64,000 nt of DNA. Origin: Candidatus Omnitrophica bacterium UBA6233 (lineage in GTDB: Bacteria > Omnitrophota > Gorgyraeia > Gygaellales > Profunditerraquicolaceae). The stretch is from the NCBI GenBank assembly GCA_002440965.1, contig DJWJ01000031.1:6348-70347 (forward strand), written 5' to 3'. Made by a program: the position numbers and the translations under genes. Below, in pieces: positions 38,464 to 48,086 of this stretch. Position 1 is the stretch's first letter. Every line of letters starts with the position of its first letter. A model generated the notes under the pieces. That model saw only the letters and a program-made list of their open reading frames with translations. It made no database searches and was not told where the DNA came from.

Positions 38464-40002
38464 GTGAATAAACAGAAAAAAATCAACGATTGGTCGGTAG
38501 CGCTTCTGCTTATTTTTATCTTCTTCCTGTATTCTTATAACCTTACCGGATGGCTAATTCATGATGACGAGGGAGGTTATCTCTATCAGGCCTGGCGGAT
38601 GACAGAAGGGTATGCGCCCTATAGAGATTTTTATACTCCTAAAGAACCGCTTTTTCTTTTTACGGGGAGTTTTATCTTTAAACTTTTCGGCTTGGATATT
38701 TTTTGGGTAAGAATGTTTAGCGTTGTTCTAACTATTCTTACGGGTTATTTGATTTTTTTGATAGGCAGAAGAGTTTATTCCAATGTAATCGCTTTTTCAG
38801 CCGCGCTCCTTTATCTTACCCTGCCTATAGTTTATTCTCAAGCGAGGCTTTTTCGTTCAGATTCTCATGTGGTCTTTTTTTCTACGCTTGGTTTGTTTTT
38901 GTTTCTGAAAGGTTGGCAGGATAAAACCAGGCCTTTTTTCCTTTATAGCGGAATTTTTTATGCCATAGCTTTGGGCTATAAGCTGGCGGCAATATTAGGA
39001 ATGTCCGCCTTAGTTTTTTTTCTTGTCTACGAGGCGGCGATGCGGAAAGAGAAAAGAATTTCCACCTTTTTATATTTTTTTATTCCGTTTGTTTCGGGTT
39101 TTCTGGTTACCTCCGGGATTATTTTAATCATTGTGTTGAATTTATCACCTTCTTTTTTAAATTGCCTAATCAATCATCAATTGGGGCAGCCGCTTTTATC
39201 TTCCGTGCATATGTTCTCAACTTTAAGAAATAACGCAAGGGATTTTTTCATGCTCAATTCTTGCCAATATGATTTGCCAGATACGCAGTCATGGTTGATC
39301 ATTTGGTCGCTACCGGTGATTGTATACTATTTATTTACCTCAAAAGAGACGAGGAAAATACTCTCTTTTTATATTTTTGGCGTTGTTGTCCTGTTATTTA
39401 GCCCATATCCCGGAGAAATATTCCGTTATCTGCTTTATTTCCTTCCCGTTGCAGTACTAGTTTTTACTAGTATCATTTTTTATCTTCTAGGGCGCAAGAG
39501 GAATGTAATTGTCAGGATTCTTGGGCTGGCGGTGCTATTGTTTATTTTGATAAAGATGCTTACCTCGGCTTTTATGAAAGATAAAGCAATTTTTAACGCG
39601 AAAGAAAATGGGACTCTTGCCTTTGCCGGTTATATCAAGAATCATACTGCAGAAGATGATTATGTAGTTGCTGATTATGGAGATGTCCTTTTTCATGCGA
39701 AAAGAAAAACTACTCCTCTTATGGCGGGAATGAGTAAATCAACGGTTGATAACGGAGTTATTACCAGCGATAAACTGATAAGCGAACTGGAGAAATACCA
39801 TGTTAAGATGGTTCTCATCCATAAAGAGGGCGGTATAGATAAAAAATTGGGATTTTATTTGGGAATTCTTCCGCATCATTTCAGTACTTTAATCAATTCA
39901 AAGGATGGATCCCGGTTTTTATCTTATCTTCAGAGTCAATATCAGCTTGTCGCTGACTATAACAGGTCAGGGCAGATATTTTCCGTTTATGTCAGAAAAT
40001 AA
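38464..40002 (+). CDS. GT-C family glycosyltransferase (PMT/ArnT-like)
   Basis: WLIHDDEGGYLYQAWRM loop after TM1. Approximately 11 or more TM segments plus a C-terminal periplasmic domain. Confidence 0.65.
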   Translation: MNKQKKINDWSVALLLIFIFFLYSYNLTGWLIHDDEGGYLYQAWRMTEGYAPYRDFYTPKEPLFLFTGSFIFKLFGLDIFWVRMFSVVLTILTGYLIFLIGRRVYSNVIAFSAALLYLTLPIVYSQARLFRSDSHVVFFSTLGLFLFLKGWQDKTRPFFLYSGIFYAIALGYKLAAILGMSALVFFLVYEAAMRKEKRISTFLYFFIPFVSGFLVTSGIILIIVLNLSPSFLNCLINHQLGQPLLSSVHMFSTLRNNARDFFMLNSCQYDLPDTQSWLIIWSLPVIVYYLFTSKETRKILSFYIFGVVVLLFSPYPGEIFRYLLYFLPVAVLVFTSIIFYLLGRKRNVIVRILGLAVLLFILIKMLTSAFMKDKAIFNAKENGTLAFAGYIKNHTAEDDYVVADYGDVLFHAKRKTTPLMAGMSKSTVDNGVITSDKLISELEKYHVKMVLIHKEGGIDKKLGFYLGILPHHFSTLINSKDGSRFLSYLQSQYQLVADYNRSGQIFSVYVRK

Positions 40003-40183
40003 TAATAAGTTTTTAATAAAGCTCTTTTATTAAATGAAGAAAAATGTATGGTTCTATCTATCTGAGAAACGTAGCGCTTTTAGAGATTTATCGTCTATAT
40101 TTGTGGGCAATATTCATATTGGAGGCAGTATAAATACCTGTTTAAAGACGTCGATTCCGTCTTATTGATGTCGAAATTTAATT

Positions 40184-41767
40184 ATGCACTTTATCAATAA
40201 AATATCTTCGATAGCTCAAAAATATAGCCGTTGGTTAATCCCGCTTATACTTTTATCCATATTCTGCTTCTTTTATTTCTATAATATTACCGGGTGGCTA
40301 ATCCATGATGACGAAGGCGGATATTTGTATCACGCTTGGAGGATGAGTCAAGGTGAGTTGCCTTACCGGGACTTTTACAGCACGAAAGAACCCTTTTTTC
40401 TCTATACCGGGTATCTTATTTTTAGTTTCTTAGGCCCCGATGTTCTATGGGTAAGGATTTTTACTGCCATTATTACAATTCTTACCGGTTGTTTGATTTT
40501 CTTGATAGGCAGGCGGGTTTATTCCTATAAAGTAGGTTTTTGGTCTTCAGTCACATATCTTGTTTTACCTGTAGTTTATTTTCAGGCGCGGCGTTATCGT
40601 CCTGATGCTTATGCCGTATTTTTTTCCGTTTTAGGCCTTTTTCTGTTCATAAAAGCCTGGCAAGATAATAAAAATTCATTTTTTGCCTATTCGGGGATTT
40701 CTTACGCAGTTTCATTAGGGTATAAGCTTTCTACTTTTATCGGCATAACAGCCGTATTAATTTTTATTTTTTATCAAGCGGCAACGCAGAGAAGGCTGAG
40801 GATTATAAGCCGGGTTTTAGTTTTATTTATAGGCGGTTTTTTTGTAGCGATAGTTGCTTCATCTATTTTTTTGAATAAGATATCTTTTTTGCTTTTAACC
40901 TGCATATTTAAACATGAGCTTAGCCAGCCATTGTTATTGTTTCCGAATCTAATAACTACCGTGGTGAATAATATAAAAGAATTCTTGATGATTGGGCCGA
41001 AGCAATATGGTTTACGCGATGGCCATTCATGGTTTATAATTTTTTCTCTGCCTCTGGCGATATGTTATTTGTTTGCAAGTAACCAGATAAGAAAGATTTT
41101 TTCTTTTCTCATTCTTTGTTCCTGTTTTATCTTATTAGCCCCTTATCCCAACCAAATCCTGCGTTATTACTTGTATGTGGTTCCCGTGGCTGTTCTAATA
41201 TTTGTAAGCTTCCTATGGTCATTGTTTCAGCACAAGAGGAGTATCTTTATAAGGATATTCGGTGCCTTGATATTAGTATTTATCTTGATAAAAGTTATCC
41301 TGCCGGGTTTGAAAAAAGATAGTGTGCTTTTTTTAGTTAAGGAAGATGGCACAGCCTTATTGGCGGAATACATTAAGAATAATACGCGGGAAACGGATTA
41401 TGTAATGGCTGAATACGGGGACATACTTTTTCATGCCCGGAGAAAGACTACCTATCTTATGGCTGGAATGAGTCAGTCAGCTATAGATAACGGCGTGATT
41501 ACTAGTGATAAGTTAATAAATGAACTTGAGAGCTATCCTGTGAAGATGGTGCTTATACATAGGGAAGGGGGAATACCGGAAAAACAGGGGTTCTTTTTCG
41601 GGACTCCCTATGCGCCGCATCATTTTAGTACCTTGATTAATTCAAAAGACGGCCCTAAATTTATTAGCTATCTGCACAAGCATTATCTATTGACGGATAC
41701 TTTGAACCGGAGTGGAGAGATTTTTGATATTTATTATAAGAAAGAGTCGTTAAATTCCTTGAAATGA
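40184..41767 (+). CDS. GT-C family glycosyltransferase (tandem paralog)
   Basis: WLIHDDEGGYLYHAWRM. Roughly 50% identical to the upstream paralog over the full length. Confidence 0.65.
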   Translation: MHFINKISSIAQKYSRWLIPLILLSIFCFFYFYNITGWLIHDDEGGYLYHAWRMSQGELPYRDFYSTKEPFFLYTGYLIFSFLGPDVLWVRIFTAIITILTGCLIFLIGRRVYSYKVGFWSSVTYLVLPVVYFQARRYRPDAYAVFFSVLGLFLFIKAWQDNKNSFFAYSGISYAVSLGYKLSTFIGITAVLIFIFYQAATQRRLRIISRVLVLFIGGFFVAIVASSIFLNKISFLLLTCIFKHELSQPLLLFPNLITTVVNNIKEFLMIGPKQYGLRDGHSWFIIFSLPLAICYLFASNQIRKIFSFLILCSCFILLAPYPNQILRYYLYVVPVAVLIFVSFLWSLFQHKRSIFIRIFGALILVFILIKVILPGLKKDSVLFLVKEDGTALLAEYIKNNTRETDYVMAEYGDILFHARRKTTYLMAGMSQSAIDNGVITSDKLINELESYPVKMVLIHREGGIPEKQGFFFGTPYAPHHFSTLINSKDGPKFISYLHKHYLLTDTLNRSGEIFDIYYKKESLNSLK

Positions 41768-41818
41768 CTATAAGGCTTGTTTATAATGCTGATAAAGATT
41801 GAGAAAGCCTATTAAACT

Positions 41819-42850
41819 ATGAAAAATATTCCTTTGGCAAGATCAAAGATATTGTCTTGTTATCATGAAATCAAGCAAATAGCAAGAGGAGAAATTCCCG
41901 TTCCGCGCTCTATAAAGATATTTCCCGTAGAGATATGTAATCATAGGTGTAAAGGATGTCATTCTCTTGTTTTGTTTTCAGGCGCGCACCCTTATTTGGA
42001 TACAAATTTATACTATAGGCTTATTGACGAATGGAGCACGTTAGGGGTGGAGAGCGTTAGTTTTGCCGGCGGCGGTGAACCTTTGATGCATCCGAAGATA
42101 AGCAAGTTTATAGAGTATGCTTATAGAAAAAAAATGGGCGTTGGAATTTTGACTAATGGCACTTTATTGGATCAAGAGAAGATTGACACTATACTTTCGT
42201 ATGGGACTTTTATCAGGATAGGCATAGACGGGGCTGATAGGCAGGTTTATGCCGAGCAAACCGGAGTAGACCATTTTGGGTTGCTGTTGGATAATATCAG
42301 AAGAATGATATCCAGAAAAAAGAAGCTGAAATCCAAGATAACCGTAGGATTAAAGTTTCTTATTACAAAGATAAATTATTGTCATGTTAAAAAGGCCTGT
42401 TCGCTTGCTTCGAGATTAGGAGTTGATTATTTGCAATTTAAGACTTCTCGATCAAATGCATACGAGATTAACTCTTTGTGTGCAGATAAAGTTAATCGTG
42501 TTATAGCAGAAGAACAATCCAAGTTAAATAGAAGAGGGTTTTTTATATTTGGCGATGCCCGGAGGACAAATGTCAGCGGCAAGTGTTTCCTCAATATGGT
42601 TAATTCGACATTAGATACGGATGGAAGTTTATACATATGCCCTGCTTTCCAGCATAGAAAGAGAGTTCACAGGATAGCTAGCTTGGTTAAAGAAAGTTTC
42701 GCTAAAGCGTGGTTCAGTAAAAAACATAAAGACAAGGTAAAAAGGATTGATATGCAACAATGCCGGCTTTATAATTGCTCTCTTTTTGAAGCTCATGGCG
42801 TGGCTAAAGAGGCGATACTTGAAGATAAGCTGCATTTGCAATTCATATAA
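41819..42850 (+). CDS. Radical SAM protein (with partial C-terminal Cys cluster)
   Basis: FPVEICNHRCKGCHS (Cx3Cx2C). GGGEPLM. 343 aa. Confidence 0.65.
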   Translation: MKNIPLARSKILSCYHEIKQIARGEIPVPRSIKIFPVEICNHRCKGCHSLVLFSGAHPYLDTNLYYRLIDEWSTLGVESVSFAGGGEPLMHPKISKFIEYAYRKKMGVGILTNGTLLDQEKIDTILSYGTFIRIGIDGADRQVYAEQTGVDHFGLLLDNIRRMISRKKKLKSKITVGLKFLITKINYCHVKKACSLASRLGVDYLQFKTSRSNAYEINSLCADKVNRVIAEEQSKLNRRGFFIFGDARRTNVSGKCFLNMVNSTLDTDGSLYICPAFQHRKRVHRIASLVKESFAKAWFSKKHKDKVKRIDMQQCRLYNCSLFEAHGVAKEAILEDKLHLQFI

Positions 42851-42883
42851 AAATACCGATAGGGCATCATATTCCCGCAGAAA

Positions 42884-43570
42884 ATGCAGAACTCAGTAGT
42901 AATACCTATTTATAACGAAAAAGAATGTGTATGGGGAGTCTATTCTTCCGTAAAAAAGGTGATGGAAGGTTTAAAGGAGTCATACGAGATAATATTTGTA
43001 AATGACGCTTCAGAAGATGATTCTTGGTTGGAATTGAATAAGGTGGTTTCACGGGATAGCCTGGTAAAAGTAATAAACTTAAAAAAAAGATCCGGAGAGT
43101 CACTAGCGGCGAAAGCAGGATTTGATGCCGCTTGTGGTAATATAATTATCAGTATGGATGGAGACGGTCAACTTGAGCCTAAAGATATACCGAGGTTATT
43201 AACTAAACTGAAAGAAGGTTATGATGTAGTTTGCGGCTGGCGTTATGAAAGAAACGACCCTTGGTTGAGAATAGCTTCATCTAAGATAGCTAATATCATC
43301 AGGCGGATTATGATAGGAGAGAAGATACATGACGTTGGGTGTTGTTTGAGGGTTTATAAGAGAGAGTGCCTTGCGGGAATTCCTTTTGAAGGCCAGTTTT
43401 ACAGGTTTTTCACCGCTTTTCTATTTAAGAAGAGGCTTAAGATAACTGAAATTAAAGTGTGCCATTATCCAAGAAAACACGGCGTATCAAAATACAACCT
43501 GCATAACAGGCTGTTTAGCAGTTTACCGGGTTTTTTCTATATAATGATGTATAAAAAAAGAAATTTTTAG
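42884..43570 (+). CDS. GT2 polyprenol-phosphate glycosyltransferase (DPM1-like)
   Basis: VVIPIYNEKECV...FVNDASEDDS...MDGDGQ. 228 aa. Confidence 0.7.
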   Translation: MQNSVVIPIYNEKECVWGVYSSVKKVMEGLKESYEIIFVNDASEDDSWLELNKVVSRDSLVKVINLKKRSGESLAAKAGFDAACGNIIISMDGDGQLEPKDIPRLLTKLKEGYDVVCGWRYERNDPWLRIASSKIANIIRRIMIGEKIHDVGCCLRVYKRECLAGIPFEGQFYRFFTAFLFKKRLKITEIKVCHYPRKHGVSKYNLHNRLFSSLPGFFYIMMYKKRNF

Positions 43571-43579
43571 AGTTTTAAT

Positions 43580-44599
43580 ATGCAGCGTATATTGCAAAAA
43601 AGATATTATATAAGAAAATGCCTTTCGTTTCTAAAATCGCTTCTGGCGAAGAAGCGTCTGTTTAATTTCATTGTTTGTTTTGTTTCATTTGTATTAAAGA
43701 AGGATAAATTGACAAGCTATCCTTCTATGATAATGATAGAGCCGACGAATAGATGCAATTTCCATTGTTCTCTTTGCGCTTTGGGCAACGGCTTGGATAA
43801 ACGCCCGGCAGCGGAGTTACCTTTTGAGGCATATAAAAAAACGATAGACGAGCTTTCGGATTACTTGTCATGGGTAATGCTCTATATTCAAGGGGAGCCT
43901 TTGTTGAATAAAGATATTTTTAAAATGGTTGCCTATGCAAAGATGCGTAAAATTTATGTTTCGTTCTCTACTAACGGTTATCTATTGGATAAGGAGAATA
44001 TAAGTCAAATATTGAATTCCGGTTTGGACCATTTGACGGTATCTCTTGATGCGGCTCGGGCAGATACATTTAAAGAATATAAAAAGGTAGACGCTTTTCA
44101 AAAAGTGGTAGGTAATGTAAAGGCATTGGTAGCGCAGAGAAAAAAAGACCGTAGATTAAATCCTTGTATATGCTTGCAGATGATAGCTATAAAGGAGAAT
44201 GAAGGCGAAATAGAAGATTTTCTCGATTTAGCAAGCGAGGTTGGAGTGGATGAGGTATTCATAAAACCGGCAAGAATCGATTTTTTTCCGCAAAAGTTTA
44301 CGGCCTCTCTTCCTAGTGACAAAAAATATATCAGGCCGTCTTATTTGGAATCCCGGGAAGCGCCCAGGAGATGTTTAAAACCGTGGATGTCTTTTGTGAT
44401 AAATTCAGCCGGTGTCGCTGCACCCTGTTGTGAAGATGTGCTTCTTGCTTATCCCATTGGCAATATCTTTAGTGATACCATAGGGGCAATTTGGAACGGA
44501 AAGAGGATGCAGGATTTCCGGTACAATCTATCCCATAAAATCGAGAATAATCCGTTCTGCAAGGACTGTAGTTACAACGTATTCTTCAGGTCATTGTAA
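43580..44599 (+). CDS. Radical SAM/SPASM-domain protein
   Basis: IEPTNRCNFHCSLCA, QGEPLL. C-terminal CLKPW...APCCED...CKDCS SPASM-type cluster. Confidence 0.7.
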   Translation: MQRILQKRYYIRKCLSFLKSLLAKKRLFNFIVCFVSFVLKKDKLTSYPSMIMIEPTNRCNFHCSLCALGNGLDKRPAAELPFEAYKKTIDELSDYLSWVMLYIQGEPLLNKDIFKMVAYAKMRKIYVSFSTNGYLLDKENISQILNSGLDHLTVSLDAARADTFKEYKKVDAFQKVVGNVKALVAQRKKDRRLNPCICLQMIAIKENEGEIEDFLDLASEVGVDEVFIKPARIDFFPQKFTASLPSDKKYIRPSYLESREAPRRCLKPWMSFVINSAGVAAPCCEDVLLAYPIGNIFSDTIGAIWNGKRMQDFRYNLSHKIENNPFCKDCSYNVFFRSL

Positions 44600-44689
44600 T
44601 CGTTAGTTGCTTAGGCAGGAGGTTTGGGATTTCTGGGATAACGTGTTGGTAAGTAGATTGTAATTGCGGTTTTAACGGTGCTAAATCCG

Positions 44690-44717
44690 TTGCATATTTG
44701 GATAGGCAAGATATAAT
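44690..44717 (+). promoter_or_regulatory. Candidate sigma70 promoter upstream of epimerase gene
   Basis: TTGCAT (44690-44695), 16-nt spacer, TATAAT (44712-44717). Confidence 0.35.
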
Positions 44718-44791
44718 TATAAAGATCGGGAAAATATATTTAATGGATAAATATTAATTAAGCGATAAATTCATTGTGAAAGGAGTTTAGG

Positions 44792-45730
44792 ATGCGTTTT
44801 TTAGTCACGGGAGGAGCTGGTTTTATCGGATCGCATATCACCGAGCGAATTCTTGAAGCCGGGCATTTTGTGCGGGTATTGGATAATTTCTCAAGCGGTA
44901 AAGAAGATAATCTATCTTTTGTAAAAGAATATGCGGATAGATTTGAATTAATCCGCGGCGATATCTGCAGCAGCTCTACCTGCGAGAAAGCCACAAGCGG
45001 TATTGATTATGTTTTACATCAGGCAGCATTGCGTTCAGTGCCCAAGTCCATGGAGGAACCCCTGAATTATAACCATGTTAATATAGACGGTACATTTTTC
45101 ATTTTACAAGCAGCAGCCAAGAATAAAGTTAAACGTTTTGTTTTCGCTTCATCAAGTTCGATATATGGAGATACAAATAAATTTCCTGAGCAGGAAGCTG
45201 ACTATCCTTTGCTTGTTTCTCCTTATGCTTTATCGAAATTAGCCGGAGAATACTATTGCCGTATTTTTTCCGAGCATTTTAAGCTAGAAACGATATGCCT
45301 TAGGTATTTCAATGTTTTCGGTCCTCGCCAGGCCCCTGATGATGAATATTCGGCGGTTATACCTAAGTTTATCCACTGTTTTCTTAATAATCAACAGCCC
45401 CCGATTTTCGGGACTGGCGAGCAATCCAGGGATTTTACTTATGTGGAGAATGTTGTCCAAGCGAATATTAAGGCAGCTTTACTTACGGATGTCAAACATG
45501 AAGTATTGAATGTAGCATGTGGTAGGGATAATACCTTGCTTAACCTGGCAGAGATATTGAGTAAGATCATGGGTAAAAATATCAAGCCGGAATTCTTTCC
45601 TAAACGCCCTGGAGACGTCCTTAAAACTCTGGCAGATATTTCTAAGGCTGAAAAAGTTCTCAGTTGGAAATCAGTCGTAGGTTTTGAAGAAGGTTTGCAG
45701 AGGACTATTAATTGGTTTAAAAGCAGATAA
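44792..45730 (+). CDS. NAD-dependent nucleotide-sugar 4-epimerase (extended SDR, GalE/WbpP-like)
   Basis: VTGGAGFIGSH, YALSKLAGE (YxxxK). 312 aa. Confidence 0.85.
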   Translation: MRFLVTGGAGFIGSHITERILEAGHFVRVLDNFSSGKEDNLSFVKEYADRFELIRGDICSSSTCEKATSGIDYVLHQAALRSVPKSMEEPLNYNHVNIDGTFFILQAAAKNKVKRFVFASSSSIYGDTNKFPEQEADYPLLVSPYALSKLAGEYYCRIFSEHFKLETICLRYFNVFGPRQAPDDEYSAVIPKFIHCFLNNQQPPIFGTGEQSRDFTYVENVVQANIKAALLTDVKHEVLNVACGRDNTLLNLAEILSKIMGKNIKPEFFPKRPGDVLKTLADISKAEKVLSWKSVVGFEEGLQRTINWFKSR

Positions 45731-45840
45731 TGCGCAGTTCTGTAGATAATTGCATAATCCATCCGTTAAGCTATCTATATTTACAGGATTTAGTTAATCC
45801 ACGTTAAACAATTCAATATTTTTAGTCTCTCGTTGTTCAA

Positions 45841-45865
45841 TGTGCAATTGGTCCAGATATTGCAC
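45841..45865. promoter_or_regulatory. Inverted repeat GTGCAAT-N11-ATTGCAC (possible operator)
   Basis: Read directly from sequence, in the intergenic region 75 bp upstream of the GT4 gene. Confidence 0.2.
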
Positions 45866-45905
45866 TTAAACCGCTTTTAGCCGGATAATAGCAGGTATTT
45901 ATTGA

Positions 45906-45934
45906 TTGTAGATTAAAGCTACAAATAGTATAAT
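45906..45934 (+). promoter_or_regulatory. Candidate promoter, leaderless configuration
   Basis: TTGTAG (45906-45911), 17-nt spacer, TATAAT (45929-45934). ATG at 45941, 6 nt downstream. Confidence 0.3.
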
Positions 45935-45940
45935 AATCCG

Positions 45941-47110
45941 ATGGCTGAAAATGGAAAGATTAACCTGCTTTATGTAATTACTAAGCTTGAACTCGGAGGC
46001 GCTCAGAAGCATTTATTAAGTCTCTTGCAGTCTTTGGATGCGAATCGGTTCAGGTTGTTTCTGTTTACGGCTAATAGAGGGGAGTTGCTTGATCAGGTAA
46101 TTAACATTCAGGGACTTAAGTTTTATCGCTGCGCATTTATGGACCGCCCGGTCAATCCTATTAAAGATTTACTATCATTTCTATTGCTATGCTTATTTAT
46201 AAAGAAGAATAATATTCATATTGTTCATACTCATAGTTCAAAAGCGGGTATTTTGGGTAGGCTTGCTGCTAAGGCGTGTAGGGCAAAATTCATAATTCAT
46301 AGTGTCCATGGCTGGAGTTTTAATGATTATCAGATTAAATGCGTAAGCTATCTTTATGTTTGGCTCGAAAGATTCTGCGCCAGGTTCACCGATAGGATCG
46401 TAGTGTTTTCAGAATGGGATAAGCACAAGGGGTTGGCGAGAAGAATCGGGAATAAAGAGAAGTATATATTTATAAGACATGGGATCGCGCCTGATGATTT
46501 CAGAAGTAAGTCTTTCCGCCATAAAATAAGGAAAGATTTAGGTTTCTCTGAGGACAATCCGGTTATAGGCTCGGTTGCTTGTTTTAAGCCTCAGAAGGCC
46601 CCTTTAGATTTCGTAAAGTCAGCTTATTTGCTGAAGAAGATATTCCCCAAAATAAAGTTTTTGATGGTCGGGGACGGCATACTCGGTAATAAGTTGGTAC
46701 GGTTGATTAGGGAGCTTGATTTAAGCAATGATTTTGTTCTTACAGGGTGGCGCCGCGATGTCCCGCTTATTTTATCGGCGATAGATATATTTGCGTTGAC
46801 TTCACTTTGGGAAGGAATGCCGATTGCTGTATTGGAGGCTATGGCCGCGGGAGTCCCGGTTGTTGCTACAGATACTGGCGGTATAAGAGAGGTTATTTCG
46901 GAAAATGTAAATGGATTTTTGGTTAGGCCCGGAGACCCTCAGGCATTTTGCGATAGAATCGCCCGGCTTTTGGAAGATGACAATTTAAGGGAGTCTTTCG
47001 TAAAAAAGTCTGGGAGTATAATTAAAAGGCCTGAATTTCTGGCGGTGAATATGCTTAAGGAAACAGAACGGATATATTTGAATTGCGGTAGCGGGGTTTG
47101 CTGTGGGTAA
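45941..47110 (+). CDS. Glycosyltransferase family 4 (GT-B fold)
   Basis: EGMPIAVLEAMAAGVPVVATDTGGIREV is the E-x7-E motif. 389 aa. Confidence 0.8.
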   Translation: MAENGKINLLYVITKLELGGAQKHLLSLLQSLDANRFRLFLFTANRGELLDQVINIQGLKFYRCAFMDRPVNPIKDLLSFLLLCLFIKKNNIHIVHTHSSKAGILGRLAAKACRAKFIIHSVHGWSFNDYQIKCVSYLYVWLERFCARFTDRIVVFSEWDKHKGLARRIGNKEKYIFIRHGIAPDDFRSKSFRHKIRKDLGFSEDNPVIGSVACFKPQKAPLDFVKSAYLLKKIFPKIKFLMVGDGILGNKLVRLIRELDLSNDFVLTGWRRDVPLILSAIDIFALTSLWEGMPIAVLEAMAAGVPVVATDTGGIREVISENVNGFLVRPGDPQAFCDRIARLLEDDNLRESFVKKSGSIIKRPEFLAVNMLKETERIYLNCGSGVCCG

Positions 47111-48086
47111 ATATTTCCTGATTTTTCTAGCTGGTTTAGCTATTAGTATTCTACTCATAGTTTTACTGAAGAAGATTTCTTCGCGTTTTAATATTTTAAT
47201 TACCAAAAAGATTCCTTTAGTAGGTGGATTTTGTGTAGGGCTTGCTTTTGGTTTTGCTTCCTTAATAGGTTTTTTTCTTCTCCAAGGAGATCTTCGCACA
47301 TTATCTTCTGTGATTGGGGTAGCTTTTGTAATGTTAGTTTTTGGGCTAGCCGATGATTTCAGGGAATTGTCTGTTATCCAGAAGTTCTTTTTGCAGTTTA
47401 TATGCGTTTTACTTTTGGCCCTGGCGGGTATAAGAACCCACATAGTTTTCTTTGGTTTTTGGGGTAATCTGCTAATCACTATTGTCTGGGTTTTAGGGGT
47501 AACCAATTCTTTCAACTTACTCGATATTTCTGACGGATTATCCGCTAGCGTAGCTTTGATTGCGGGAGCTTCATTTTTTGCTATTTCTTTTATTCATTGT
47601 CAGTTTGATGTTCAAATACTTTCTTTATCCTTATGCGCAGCGCTTTCCGGTTTCTTGGTTTTCAATCTTCCTCCCGCAAAAATATATTTAGGCAATTCAG
47701 GAAGCCATTTTCTCGGTTTTATCTTAGCCATACTTGCGCTTATGGTCGATTATGCTCCTATTGACAGGCCTGTTGCTTTACTCAGTCCGATAATAATACT
47801 TTGGCTGCCTCTTTTAGATACAGCCTTTCTGATATATTTTCGGCTCAGAAAAGGATTAATTCCTTTTCACAAGAGCGATGATCATATTGCGTTAAGGTTT
47901 GTTACTTTTGGCTTTACGACCAAAGAGGTATTGATATTGATGTCAGCGTTGGCTTTATTTTTTGCTTTTTGTGGTATAGTCGTGAGCAAGGCAAACAATT
48001 TAATAGGGACAATTGTAGCAATGTTTGTTCTATTGGCAAGTTTTGGAGTTTTTGTAGGATTGCATAAGCTAAAAAACAATGGCTAA
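47103..48086 (+). CDS. Polyprenol-phosphate:HexNAc-1-phosphate transferase (WecA/MraY family)
   Basis: NSFNLLDISDGLSA is the conserved Mg/UDP-sugar motif. Approximately 10 TM segments. 327 aa. Confidence 0.8.
   Translation: MGKYFLIFLAGLAISILLIVLLKKISSRFNILITKKIPLVGGFCVGLAFGFASLIGFFLLQGDLRTLSSVIGVAFVMLVFGLADDFRELSVIQKFFLQFICVLLLALAGIRTHIVFFGFWGNLLITIVWVLGVTNSFNLLDISDGLSASVALIAGASFFAISFIHCQFDVQILSLSLCAALSGFLVFNLPPAKIYLGNSGSHFLGFILAILALMVDYAPIDRPVALLSPIIILWLPLLDTAFLIYFRLRKGLIPFHKSDDHIALRFVTFGFTTKEVLILMSALALFFAFCGIVVSKANNLIGTIVAMFVLLASFGVFVGLHKLKNNG

Noticed and set aside
40018-40038. AT-rich palindrome TTAATAAA-GCTC-TTTATTAA after the first GT-C gene
   Set aside because: Perfect 8-bp IR but entirely A/T stem with no T-tract. 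Unlikely to be a functional terminator, and the tandem paralog follows 180 bp downstream.
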